The notes: a model not told the origin generated them from the sequence alone. A stretch of DNA of 26,026 nucleotides from a virus (IMGVR_UViG_3300011334_000314:1-26026); one strand, 5' to 3'. Numbered from the stretch's first letter, positions 16,466 to 23,789 are shown. Program-made: numbers and translations.

Positions 16466-16621
16466 CTACGAACCACAATACAAACACCCTTCGTCGTCGT
16501 CGTCGATAGTGTTTGCTTCCTTGTAAATTCTTATCGCTTCCATTTCAACCTGTTCTTTCGTCCACGTTGGATTAAAGGCGCTTATCTGTGATTTGAGAAA
16601 GTTTAATTTGTTGTCGCTCAT
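16466..16621 (-). CDS. Small protein (51 aa) ending DDDDEGCLYCGS; not in ORF track
   Basis: Manual translation MSDNKLNFLKSQISAFNPTWTKEQVEMEAIRIYKEANTIDDDDEGCLYCGS; A-rich leader; co-oriented with the operon. Confidence 0.8.
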   Translation of the reverse strand: MSDNKLNFLKSQISAFNPTWTKEQVEMEAIRIYKEANTIDDDDEGCLYCGS

Positions 16622-16642
16622 TTTTTTTATTTTTTTTTGCGT

Positions 16643-16733
16643 GTACCCTTTCGGGTGCTTTTCTTTTCAGTTGGGTACAATTTGTAACCGAGTGGGTATA
16701 ATTTATGTCGCAAGTATTGTCAACTTTTGCGAC
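16643..16733. repeat. Three consecutive intergenic inverted repeats
   Basis: gtaccc-tttc-gggtgc (16643-16658), imperfect hairpin 16668-16694, gtcgcaa...ttgcgac (16707-16733). Confidence 0.6.
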
Positions 16734-16746
16734 CGAAAAACTTGAC

Positions 16747-16992
16747 TTATACTATTAAATCTTCAACGTTTATTTGATGCTCTTGGAGTAGCTCGCGAAT
16801 GTATTCGAATACTTCCTCAATCCCTTGTTGATATGCGCCTTCCTGTCGTTCGTTGTACTTGGTGAACTTGCGGTATCCGTTCATCTGCAACTCCCAAAGC
16901 ATAAGCGCCATATCACGCGCCTTTGTGATTCTATTGAACTCGTAACGATCGTCGCCGTCGCTTAAGTCAAAGGTCAATGTTGCTTTGCTCAC
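16747..16992 (-). CDS. Conserved phage hypothetical protein
   Basis: 81 aa; KATLTFDL..D N-terminus common in small phage proteins; 4-nt overlap with the terS stop. Confidence 0.75.
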   Translation of the reverse strand: MSKATLTFDLSDGDDRYEFNRITKARDMALMLWELQMNGYRKFTKYNERQEGAYQQGIEEVFEYIRELLQEHQINVEDLIV

Positions 16993-17348
16993 AATTTATC
17001 GTTGATTATTATTTGAATAGGTTCGCTGTTTGCGCCTGTAAGTTCGGTCATTTGTTTCGGATTACCAAACGCGCGGCTCAATAAAGTTTCGAGAGAATAC
17101 AACGAACCTTTCTTCAACGAGGTCATCATTGCGTTTGCTATTGTCTTTTCGAGTATCGTTGCTTTCGGATTATCCCAGACGCTTTTCAGTTCGTCTAAGT
17201 CCATTGCCATCATCGCTTGTATGGTGTCGTTTATTTCGCTCAACTTGTAGCCGCTTTCCTTCAACAACGAAACGTATTTCTTCGGGCGTCCGTTGGGGTT
17301 GGCGTTGTTTCCTTTTGGAAAGGGTTTAAGGTTTTGTATGTTTGCCAT
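16989..17348 (-). CDS. terS: Terminase small subunit
   Basis: NLKPF.KG...NPNGRPK N-terminus; LLSRAFG.PKQ..ELTGAN.EPI C-terminus; follows the ParB-methyltransferase. Confidence 0.75.
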   Translation of the reverse strand: MANIQNLKPFPKGNNANPNGRPKKYVSLLKESGYKLSEINDTIQAMMAMDLDELKSVWDNPKATILEKTIANAMMTSLKKGSLYSLETLLSRAFGNPKQMTELTGANSEPIQIIINDKL

Positions 17349-17357
17349 TGTTCACGA

Positions 17358-18575
17358 TTATTTCACGATTACTCCGTTACGCTTTACCTTTAACGAAGGA
17401 TCGAGTTTCTTCATTCTATCTATTATCACTTGACAATATTTCGGGTCGAGTTCCATTCCGTAGCATTTGCGTTTTAGTTGATGTGCTGCAACCATTGTTG
17501 TTCCTGTTCCTAAAAATTGATCGAGAACAATATCACCTTGTTTTGTAAATTGAATTGCCCACTCCGGTAAGTCTATTGGAAATGTTGCAGCGTGAACATT
17601 TGAAAATTCATTATTTCTTTGAGGTTTACCTCTGTATATATTTGGAACTGTTCCTCTAAAATTTCCATTTGGAATTGCTCTGGAAGCATTTTCTTTTGAT
17701 GAAATAAAGAACATATATTCCCAAGCACTTGTCATTACATTTTCAGCCATTGCAGGTTGTCCGTGTCCTTTGTCCCAAATTGCAACATCAATAAAATTAT
17801 TTTTGTAATTGTGCAGGTATTCAATTAAAGCAATTTTATTTCCTGCAAGACTTTGGATATTACAAATTAGATACTCTGAATTTAAGATTGCGTTATTTGT
17901 GAATCCTATTAACAAATCTAAATAATCCGATTGTTTTTGATTGTCGTTATACTCGTTGTATTTGTTATCTGTTGTATATGTGTTTCCACTTAACGATTCA
18001 CTTTTACCCGCGTTGTATGGAGGTGAAGTAAATGCCATATTTGCCTTTTCTCCGTTCATCAATTTAGCGACTGAATCACTATCTGTTGAATCACCACACA
18101 ACAAACGGTGTTCGCCTATCTCGAATAGGTCGCCAATAACAATATCCGTTTCAATAGCGTCTGCATCTGCTTCGAAGTCGTCCTCGACAGCGTCCAACTC
18201 CACACCTTCAAGATTAGGAACGTCCAAACCCCATTCTTCTAATTGTTCTGCGTCCCATTCGTTGGCTAACGCGTCCCAGTCCCATTCACCAAAACCAACA
18301 TTGTCTTTGATAATAAAAGCGCGTTGTTGTTCTTCTGTTAGTTCTGAAGCTTTGATAATTGGTATTTCTTTTAGTCCTGCTTCCTTACACGCTTTCAATC
18401 TCATATTACCACCAAGAACAACCATATCTTCATTAACAACGATTGGTCGTAGTTCGAGCATCTGTGGAAGTTCTTTTATTGAAGCGACTAACTTTTTGAA
18501 TTTATCGTCCTTAATAATACGAGGGTTATTCGGGTTGGACTTTACTTCGTTAATCTTGACAGTTATTGTCTTCAT
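17358..18575 (-). CDS. ParB/Srx-domain + beta-class amino DNA methyltransferase (m4C or m6A)
   Basis: NPNNPR.I, RPIVV and GGNMRLKA (ParB N-terminus); HRLLCGDS, TSPPYN (motif IV), H.ATFP and DQFLGTGTT (motif I). Confidence 0.93.
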   Translation of the reverse strand: MKTITVKINEVKSNPNNPRIIKDDKFKKLVASIKELPQMLELRPIVVNEDMVVLGGNMRLKACKEAGLKEIPIIKASELTEEQQRAFIIKDNVGFGEWDWDALANEWDAEQLEEWGLDVPNLEGVELDAVEDDFEADADAIETDIVIGDLFEIGEHRLLCGDSTDSDSVAKLMNGEKANMAFTSPPYNAGKSESLSGNTYTTDNKYNEYNDNQKQSDYLDLLIGFTNNAILNSEYLICNIQSLAGNKIALIEYLHNYKNNFIDVAIWDKGHGQPAMAENVMTSAWEYMFFISSKENASRAIPNGNFRGTVPNIYRGKPQRNNEFSNVHAATFPIDLPEWAIQFTKQGDIVLDQFLGTGTTMVAAHQLKRKCYGMELDPKYCQVIIDRMKKLDPSLKVKRNGVIVK

Positions 18576-18852
18576 ATTAGTTAAATATATTATTGTGCTA
18601 ATTTACTTTAAATGTTTCTTGTTATGTCATTAAATTCAAAGAAAAGAAAAGAACAAAGAAAAACGTGTAAGCACTATAAAAGAAAGAACAAAAGAAAAAG
18701 CTCCCCCGAAAAAGATTACTCTCGCTCTTAAAAGAGCAGTTGCACGATCCAAGCACTGGTATTCTGCAAGTGTAGTCATTGGTTACTTCGCTTTGACTTA
18801 CGAAGGTCTTCTTTACTCTTATTCAGCTTTGTCGTGTATTCATTACTCTTAT

Positions 18853-18928
18853 TAAAAAAAATATACCCCCAATTGTTTATAGCCGTCAAGCGTAAACAAA
18901 AGGGGGCAATACCAAAAACGCTTGACTA
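18853..18928 (-). ncRNA. Candidate structured leader / small RNA with pseudoknot potential and terminator
   Basis: GUCAAGCGU/ACGCUUGAC and CCCCC-UU-UUGUUUA/UAAACAA-UU-GGGGG interleaved helices, then a U8 tract; directly after a -7 element. Confidence 0.55.
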
Positions 18929-18930
18929 TA

Positions 18931-18938
18931 CAAATATA
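18931..18938 (-). promoter_or_regulatory. Bacteroidota -7 promoter element (TATATTTG)
   Basis: Plus-strand CAAATATA at 18931-18938, intergenic. Confidence 0.6.
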
Positions 18939-18975
18939 CGTTCGTATTGTCAAAGGTTGCCTTGAAACTTTTCAG

Positions 18976-19419
18976 TTACTCATTGTTGAAATCAACATTG
19001 ACATCTGACATCGATTCAAGAAACGTCTTGATGTCTTTCTTCACACAAGCGCCACACGTCGAACGCTCGTTATAAGCGCCCGTTGCTTTGTCTTTGAAGG
19101 TGTAGAACTTGCTTAAGTCAATAGCGTCAATCCTGCCCTTCTTTTGCGCGTCAAGAAGAAAGCGTTTGAACTCTATCTGTTCTTCAAGTGAAAGAACACC
19201 GTTCCATTTAGATGCAGGACAAGAAGCGAAAGCGAGTTTAGCTTTGACTGGCATAACGCAACCGCATAACTTAATCGACTTGCGTTTGAACTTTACTTCG
19301 ATTTCTTCTTCTGCTCCGACAATTAGCGGTCCACACGACTGCGTTGATGCTTCGAAGAATTTACACGTTCGGCATATATCCAAACGTCGTTTGTACTCAT
19401 TGTGTTTTACGAATAACAT
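18976..19419 (-). CDS. Cys-rich metal-binding protein (DUF6171-like N-terminus; probable start MLFVKH at 19419)
   Basis: RLDICRTC, CG, CGCVM..K.KL....CP..KW and C-terminal TCGACV. Confidence 0.7.
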   Translation of the reverse strand: MLFVKHNEYKRRLDICRTCKFFEASTQSCGPLIVGAEEEIEVKFKRKSIKLCGCVMPVKAKLAFASCPASKWNGVLSLEEQIEFKRFLLDAQKKGRIDAIDLSKFYTFKDKATGAYNERSTCGACVKKDIKTFLESMSDVNVDFNNE

Positions 19420-19900
19420 TTGCTCTAATTTTTTGTTTAATTGAATCAATGGTGCGGTATAAGAACGGCATCGGTATTCCTGTTTCTTTCGATAGTGCAC
19501 GATAGGTAAAATCTTCAAGAATGTACTCTTGAAAGATAAGACGTTCAAACTCACTCAGTCGGCTTATAAGAATGTCCAGTTGCTCGTTTGTCATTCGTGC
19601 GCCTAACCACGTCTTATCGACTTCATGCGCGTAGTCTTTGAAGTCGCGTCGGTTTCTGTTCCAGGCGATAGTTTGTTTATAAAACGGCGACGTTGGACTG
19701 TTAACCGACAAATACATTACGCGAATAAGATAAAATTCAAAGTCGCCTGTATCTATTAAGTTTTCGATATGCTTTGAACCAAACATAGAAAGTAAAGAGT
19801 CGTGCAAGAGATCCTCGTAGAATGGTTCTTTACGAGCGATGTTGTACGCAAGTTCTTTAAACTTTTTGTAGTGTCCCTCTATGTAATGTTCAAGTGTCAA
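19397..19900 (-). CDS. ECF-like RNA polymerase sigma factor (probable late transcription factor)
   Basis: EDLLHDSLL (region 2) and LSEFERLIF...TYRALSKETGIP...LYRTI...KQKIR (region 4 HTH). Confidence 0.8.
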   Translation of the reverse strand: MTLEHYIEGHYKKFKELAYNIARKEPFYEDLLHDSLLSMFGSKHIENLIDTGDFEFYLIRVMYLSVNSPTSPFYKQTIAWNRNRRDFKDYAHEVDKTWLGARMTNEQLDILISRLSEFERLIFQEYILEDFTYRALSKETGIPMPFLYRTIDSIKQKIRANVIRKTQ

Positions 19901-20307
19901 GTTGTGAAGTATTCATCTATTATCTTAATTGCTTCGTCCTTTCCCTTACAAATATAAGAAGCATAGCCTCTGTTTCTCAATTGTTCTTGCCACCACTTTT
20001 GTTCTGGCGATGCAACACCACCTTTCTCCTTCTTCATTTCGATTGCAAGACCTTTATAGTCCTGCGTTGGTTCGTAAATGAATAGGTCGGGAAAGCCTTT
20101 GACATAACCTGTGCGCTTCATCTTGATCGCTTGTAAGTAACTCGTCCTCATTCCACCTGCGGAAGCGCAATACAAAGCGTTCGGATATGCTAAACGAAGG
20201 TACTTAATTACAATTTCTTGCTGATTCGCTTCGGATTCAGGTGCAATTTTACGCTTCACAACACTTTTTTTATATGTTTTCTTAAAAGTTTTCACGTTTA
20301 TTTTCAA
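19897..20307 (-). CDS. VRR-NUC domain nuclease (Holliday junction resolvase-like)
   Basis: E...Q, G.VKGFPDL, AIEMK, SPEQK.W and L...GY motifs of the PD-(D/E)xK VRR-NUC family; start codon uncertain. Confidence 0.9.
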   Translation of the reverse strand: MKINVKTFKKTYKKSVVKRKIAPESEANQQEIVIKYLRLAYPNALYCASAGGMRTSYLQAIKMKRTGYVKGFPDLFIYEPTQDYKGLAIEMKKEKGGVASPEQKWWQEQLRNRGYASYICKGKDEAIKIIDEYFTT

Positions 20308-20347
20308 TTAGTTATAAATTATTTTCAATTTATTTTCAGTTTGTGTG

Positions 20348-20377
20348 TTGGATATTACAAAAGTTAGCATAGATTTG
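20348..20377 (+). promoter_or_regulatory. Canonical Bacteroidota sigma-70 early promoter
   Basis: TTG (20348-20350), 19-nt spacer, TAGATTTG (20370-20377), at the divergence point of the two arms. Confidence 0.85.
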
Positions 20378-20417
20378 TATTCGTCAAACAAACACAATCA
20401 AAGATAAACAAAATCAA

Positions 20418-20531
20418 ATGAAAAAGACCTTACTATTTATCGCGATGCTATTCGCAGGAATGTTAATCGCAGGAACGATTGACGAGTCAACAAGACAACT
20501 TGAATCACAACCTAACACAATAAACAAATGA
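20418..20531 (+). CDS. Small membrane/secreted peptide (37 aa, MKKTLLFIAMLFAGMLIAGTIDESTRQLESQPNTINK); not in ORF track
   Basis: First ORF after the early promoter; signal-peptide-like N-terminus; ATGA overlap with the next gene. Confidence 0.7.
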   Translation: MKKTLLFIAMLFAGMLIAGTIDESTRQLESQPNTINK

Positions 20532-20698
20532 AAGTAGAACTAATTCAAAAGACGACGCTGACAGATATGTACTACGTCATCAAAGTAAACGGAGAGTTTC
20601 ATATGAGCTACAATGAACTCCAAGACGCGAAGAACGCATACGACCGAATCAAGTCAGCAACACCACGCGAAGAAGTAATCGAATCAAAAGAAATCTAA
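20528..20698 (+). CDS. Hypothetical protein (56 aa, MKVELIQKTTLTDMYYVIKVNGEF...); not in ORF track
   Basis: Manual translation; translationally coupled to the upstream ORF. Confidence 0.75.
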   Translation: MKVELIQKTTLTDMYYVIKVNGEFHMSYNELQDAKNAYDRIKSATPREEVIESKEI

Positions 20699-20712
20699 AA
20701 CAATAAAATCAA

Positions 20713-20943
20713 ATGAACAATGAAAAATCAAATTTTTACAAATCACTTTTTCTCTTTGAAGACGAAGTACAAATTCTTGTTAACGGAATCATTACCGCAC
20801 AAAATTACTACGGTGAGCAAAAGAATGGCACAAGTAGCAGGGATACGTTTTGCAACGCCCGAATCGAAGAACTTGAACGAGTATTCCTCAAACTTAATAC
20901 GTCGCATTGGAAAGAACTACCAGAGCCAACAAAAGAAAAGTAA
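20713..20943 (+). CDS. Hypothetical protein
   Basis: 76 aa, A-rich leader; overlapped by a second open frame 20720..21079. Confidence 0.65.
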   Translation: MNNEKSNFYKSLFLFEDEVQILVNGIITAQNYYGEQKNGTSSRDTFCNARIEELERVFLKLNTSHWKELPEPTKEK

Positions 20944-21039
20944 CTTTATTTGCGTTTCTTCGTCAGCATCAGCATACAACCTAACGCACAACGAGATAAG
21001 CGCCAATATCGAAAAACATCAAAAACTTTCTGAAGCGCG

Positions 21040-21069
21040 TTGGAACGACAACTTAATCGAGTATATTTG
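21040..21069 (+). promoter_or_regulatory. Second canonical Bacteroidota early promoter
   Basis: TTG (21040-21042), 19-nt spacer, TATATTTG (21062-21069). Confidence 0.8.
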
Positions 21070-21094
21070 TAACCACTAAAAATCAAAATAAACT

Positions 21095-21385
21095 ATGTAC
21101 TGTCCAAAAATCACTTATTGCTTTTCAGCAAATGACCTCAAAGAATTAAACAAACAAATTAAAGTTCTTGCCGTTAACTACGAAGAAACAGAAGGCGGTT
21201 GGTTCAACGTAGTTGAAGGAGATAATGTAACCTTTACAGACGAAGCAGGAAAGATTTTTGTCTTATCTATTTGCGGTCAGTTCTTTCGTCGTGGCGAAGG
21301 CGAATACGACCTCGAACACGTTATGTTAATAGCAGACGGAATAACCCTACACTTTGAAGTTAGACTATTCGACGACCAATTGTAA
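21095..21385 (+). CDS. Hypothetical protein
   Basis: 96 aa acidic ORF after the promoter; stop overlaps the next start. Confidence 0.75.
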   Translation: MYCPKITYCFSANDLKELNKQIKVLAVNYEETEGGWFNVVEGDNVTFTDEAGKIFVLSICGQFFRRGEGEYDLEHVMLIADGITLHFEVRLFDDQL

Positions 21386-22182
21386 TGGGTTACTTTAAGC
21401 GCATAAACGAACAAGCGCATCTGCACGAAAGCCAATTGAAACATATGGAGTCCGACGCGGAACTGGCAGTAAAGTTCGAACAATATCTAAATTCATTCAA
21501 TAACAACAAAATAAACAACAACACAATGAGCATTATTGCACAACCAACAAACAACAACGGCGGTGGACAAACAGTACCTGCTGGAACACACGTAGCACGT
21601 TGCTACCAAATCATTCACATCGGAACAATCCTCGACACTTATCAAGGCGAAGAAAAGCTTGTAAACAAAGTTCGTCTTGTATTCGAACTACCATTGGAAA
21701 CCGCCGACTTTGGTAAAGGTGAACAACCATTTTCAATCGGACTTGACTTCACTTTATCAATGCACGAGAAAAGCGGATTGAGAGCGTTCGTTCAAGGTTG
21801 GTTAGGTAAAGCTATGTCGGACGGAGAAGCAAACAAGTTTGACATTGCTACTCTTCTTGGAAAGGAATGTATGCTTAACGTAATGCACCGCACCGCGAAC
21901 ACAGGTCGCACCTATGCAGATATCAAAGGCGCTTCACCACTTGTTAAGGGAATGACTTGTCCGCCATTGGTGAACTCTGCTTTCCTTTTAGACTACGATA
22001 GCGAAGACTTCGACTTGCGTTTCAAGATGCTTCCAGAGTGGCTTCAAAATAAAGTAAGTTCTTCGAAAGAATTTAGCGACCGATTAGATAAGGCTGCAGA
22101 TCAAATGAATAAGGCGAAAGCAATGCTTGAGAAAAGCGGTTTGGTTCAGTCAACAGACGACACGGACGAATTACCGTTCTAA
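21385..22182 (+). CDS. Phage ssDNA-binding / replication protein (OB-fold-like; internal start MSIIAQ at 21526 likely)
   Basis: PAGTHVARCY.II.IGT, FTLSMHEKS.LR and LPEW motifs; acidic DDTDELPF tail typical of SSBs. Confidence 0.75.
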   Translation: MGYFKRINEQAHLHESQLKHMESDAELAVKFEQYLNSFNNNKINNNTMSIIAQPTNNNGGGQTVPAGTHVARCYQIIHIGTILDTYQGEEKLVNKVRLVFELPLETADFGKGEQPFSIGLDFTLSMHEKSGLRAFVQGWLGKAMSDGEANKFDIATLLGKECMLNVMHRTANTGRTYADIKGASPLVKGMTCPPLVNSAFLLDYDSEDFDLRFKMLPEWLQNKVSSSKEFSDRLDKAADQMNKAKAMLEKSGLVQSTDDTDELPF

Positions 22183-22196
22183 ATGAATAAGATGTT

Positions 22197-22233
22197 ATAA
22201 AAGGCGGTTATTTCATACATAATCGTCTTTTAT
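22197..22233 (+). terminator. Long stem-loop after the SSB-like gene
   Basis: ataaaaggcggttat / ataatcgtcttttat, 15-bp stem with G-U pairs. Confidence 0.55.
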
Positions 22234-22260
22234 TACACTTAACGAATTAAATCTAAAACA

Positions 22261-22554
22261 ATGAAGAAACTAATTTCACTTGAAAGACGCATTGAGAATC
22301 TACTCAAGAAATACAAGACGCTCCGCAATAACAACAAAGCACTTTGTGTTCGCGTTTGGGAACAACAGTTCGACGAAAGAAAAGACATCACAAGCAACTT
22401 CTTCGCGATGTACGAAAGCGGAAAGTACGTCAGCGCTGACAACATCACACGAATCGCACGACTTGTTAAGGAACGCAATCCAGAACTACGCGGAACGAAC
22501 CACGACGACAACAAGAAGAAAGCGCAGTTAATTAAACCACTATTAAAGAAATGA
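22261..22554 (+). CDS. Hypothetical basic protein, possibly DNA-binding
   Basis: 97 aa; I..LL.KY..LR.N, ITRIARLV.E.NPELRG pattern; ATGA coupling. Confidence 0.75.
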   Translation: MKKLISLERRIENLLKKYKTLRNNNKALCVRVWEQQFDERKDITSNFFAMYESGKYVSADNITRIARLVKERNPELRGTNHDDNKKKAQLIKPLLKK

Positions 22555-22790
22555 ATAAAGAAATATACAAGACTCCATTCGGTCGCTTAGTCAAGATTAA
22601 CTTCAAGACGCTCAACAACTTCAAGAACGTTCTTCGAATCAGCGACCCAACAGCAAGACTTTACGTTGCACACCCAGAACGAATGAGGATAAAAGACTTC
22701 AACAACATTTGCCTTCACACAGGACTTTCAAGAGAAGAAGTATTCAGCACATTCACACCAACTAAATTAATAAACGAAGAAAATGATTAA
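22551..22790 (+). CDS. Putative HTH (Cro/Xre-like) transcription regulator
   Basis: TLNNFKNVLRISDPTARLYVAHPERMRIKDF..IC..TGLS fits an HTH pattern. Confidence 0.55.
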   Translation: MNKEIYKTPFGRLVKINFKTLNNFKNVLRISDPTARLYVAHPERMRIKDFNNICLHTGLSREEVFSTFTPTKLINEEND

Positions 22791-23055
22791 AACAGAACCA
22801 AATCAAGCAGCATTTGCTTATTTTAATGAAATGAATTGTTGGCAAACAGGTTTAACCAAACGTGAATACTTCGCAGCTATAGCAATGCAAGGTTTGCTTA
22901 GCAATATCAATCAATCTTTTGGTAAGCCTAATGTAAATGAAGCATCAATAAAAGATGAATTAAAAAGAGAACAAGAGCTTATTAACAATGTAGCAATCAA
23001 AGCAGTAAGATACTCAGATGCATTAATTAAAAAAATAAACGAAGAAAATGACTAA
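22783..23055 (+). CDS. Conserved phage hypothetical protein (GLTKREYFAA.AMQGLL family)
   Basis: GLTKREYFAAIAMQGLL...A..AV.YSDALI motif; flanked by direct repeats. Confidence 0.8.
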   Translation: MIKTEPNQAAFAYFNEMNCWQTGLTKREYFAAIAMQGLLSNINQSFGKPNVNEASIKDELKREQELINNVAIKAVRYSDALIKKINEEND

Positions 23056-23581
23056 CGAACAGATAAGACAGCAAATAGTAGATATGATACCTTTTGCACA
23101 TATGGAACGCTTTGAAACACTTTGGTCTATGGTAATACCAAAATACGAGCGTTTATCAAGCGAACAAATAAAGATGCAACAAGAACTGGAAAACGAACGT
23201 GAAACGTTTTGGAGCGCGTTAGAAGACGTTGTATGTAGCGTAATGGGTATTCAATCGCAAACGCTATACACACCAACAAGACGACGCGAGATAGTGACAG
23301 CGAGACAAATGATTTTCTTTTTGATCCGTCCGTGTTACTTCCAGTCTTTTGATTCTATCGGTAAACACTATGGCAAAGACCACGCTACGGTAATGCACGG
23401 AATAAAGCAAGTTACTTGGCAAATTGAATGCGACAAAAGCTATCGTACAACAGTTGAAAGAATATGTGATTTAATGGACGGTATGGGTTATGCTAAACCT
23501 ATTAAATTTTTCACTAAGTTTGTCGAACACTTGGAGCATCAAAAAGAACTTGAAGCGAAAAGAAAAGCAAGAATCAAATAA
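23048..23581 (+). CDS. DnaA C-terminal (domain IV) HTH protein
   Basis: TRRREIVTARQ, S...IGKHYGKDHATVMHG, the Bac_DnaA_C signature; no AAA+ domain. Confidence 0.88.
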   Translation: MTNEQIRQQIVDMIPFAHMERFETLWSMVIPKYERLSSEQIKMQQELENERETFWSALEDVVCSVMGIQSQTLYTPTRRREIVTARQMIFFLIRPCYFQSFDSIGKHYGKDHATVMHGIKQVTWQIECDKSYRTTVERICDLMDGMGYAKPIKFFTKFVEHLEHQKELEAKRKARIK

Positions 23582-23600
23582 ACCTTAAAACCTTAAAATT

Positions 23601-23789
23601 ATGTGCGACTACTGCCGTTACTGCGATGTTGAAGCAATCGAAGAACGAATTGCCGATATTAAACACAATAGCATTGTTTACGAGAACTGGGACAACTCAG
23701 ACGTTCAAGAACTATTCGAAGATGAAATAGGTCTTTGTTACGACTGCCAAAAAGAAGAAGACGCGGATATGGAAAGGGACGAATACTAA
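23601..23789 (+). CDS. Small acidic Zn-binding protein
   Basis: CDYCRYC N-terminus and CYDC; 62 aa. Confidence 0.7.
   Translation: MCDYCRYCDVEAIEERIADIKHNSIVYENWDNSDVQELFEDEIGLCYDCQKEEDADMERDEY

Noticed and set aside
5815-18630. Shared late-promoter motif for the phage sigma factor upstream of the scaffold, chaperone and methyltransferase genes
   Set aside because: Only vague ACAA...TATT(T/A)A similarity in AT-rich DNA, not distinguishable from background without motif statistics
18676-18830. 34-aa ORF MTTLAEYQCLDRA...; also a hammerhead-like CTGA motif
   Set aside because: The ORF runs into a low-complexity pyrimidine tract and has no support; the conserved CUGANGA/GAAA hammerhead core is absent
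230-19444. Plus-strand ORFs in the left arm (e.g. 879..1184, 5897..6121, 12215..12604, 17941..18633, 19109..19444)
   Set aside because: Antisense shadows of well-supported minus-strand genes, with no recognisable motifs
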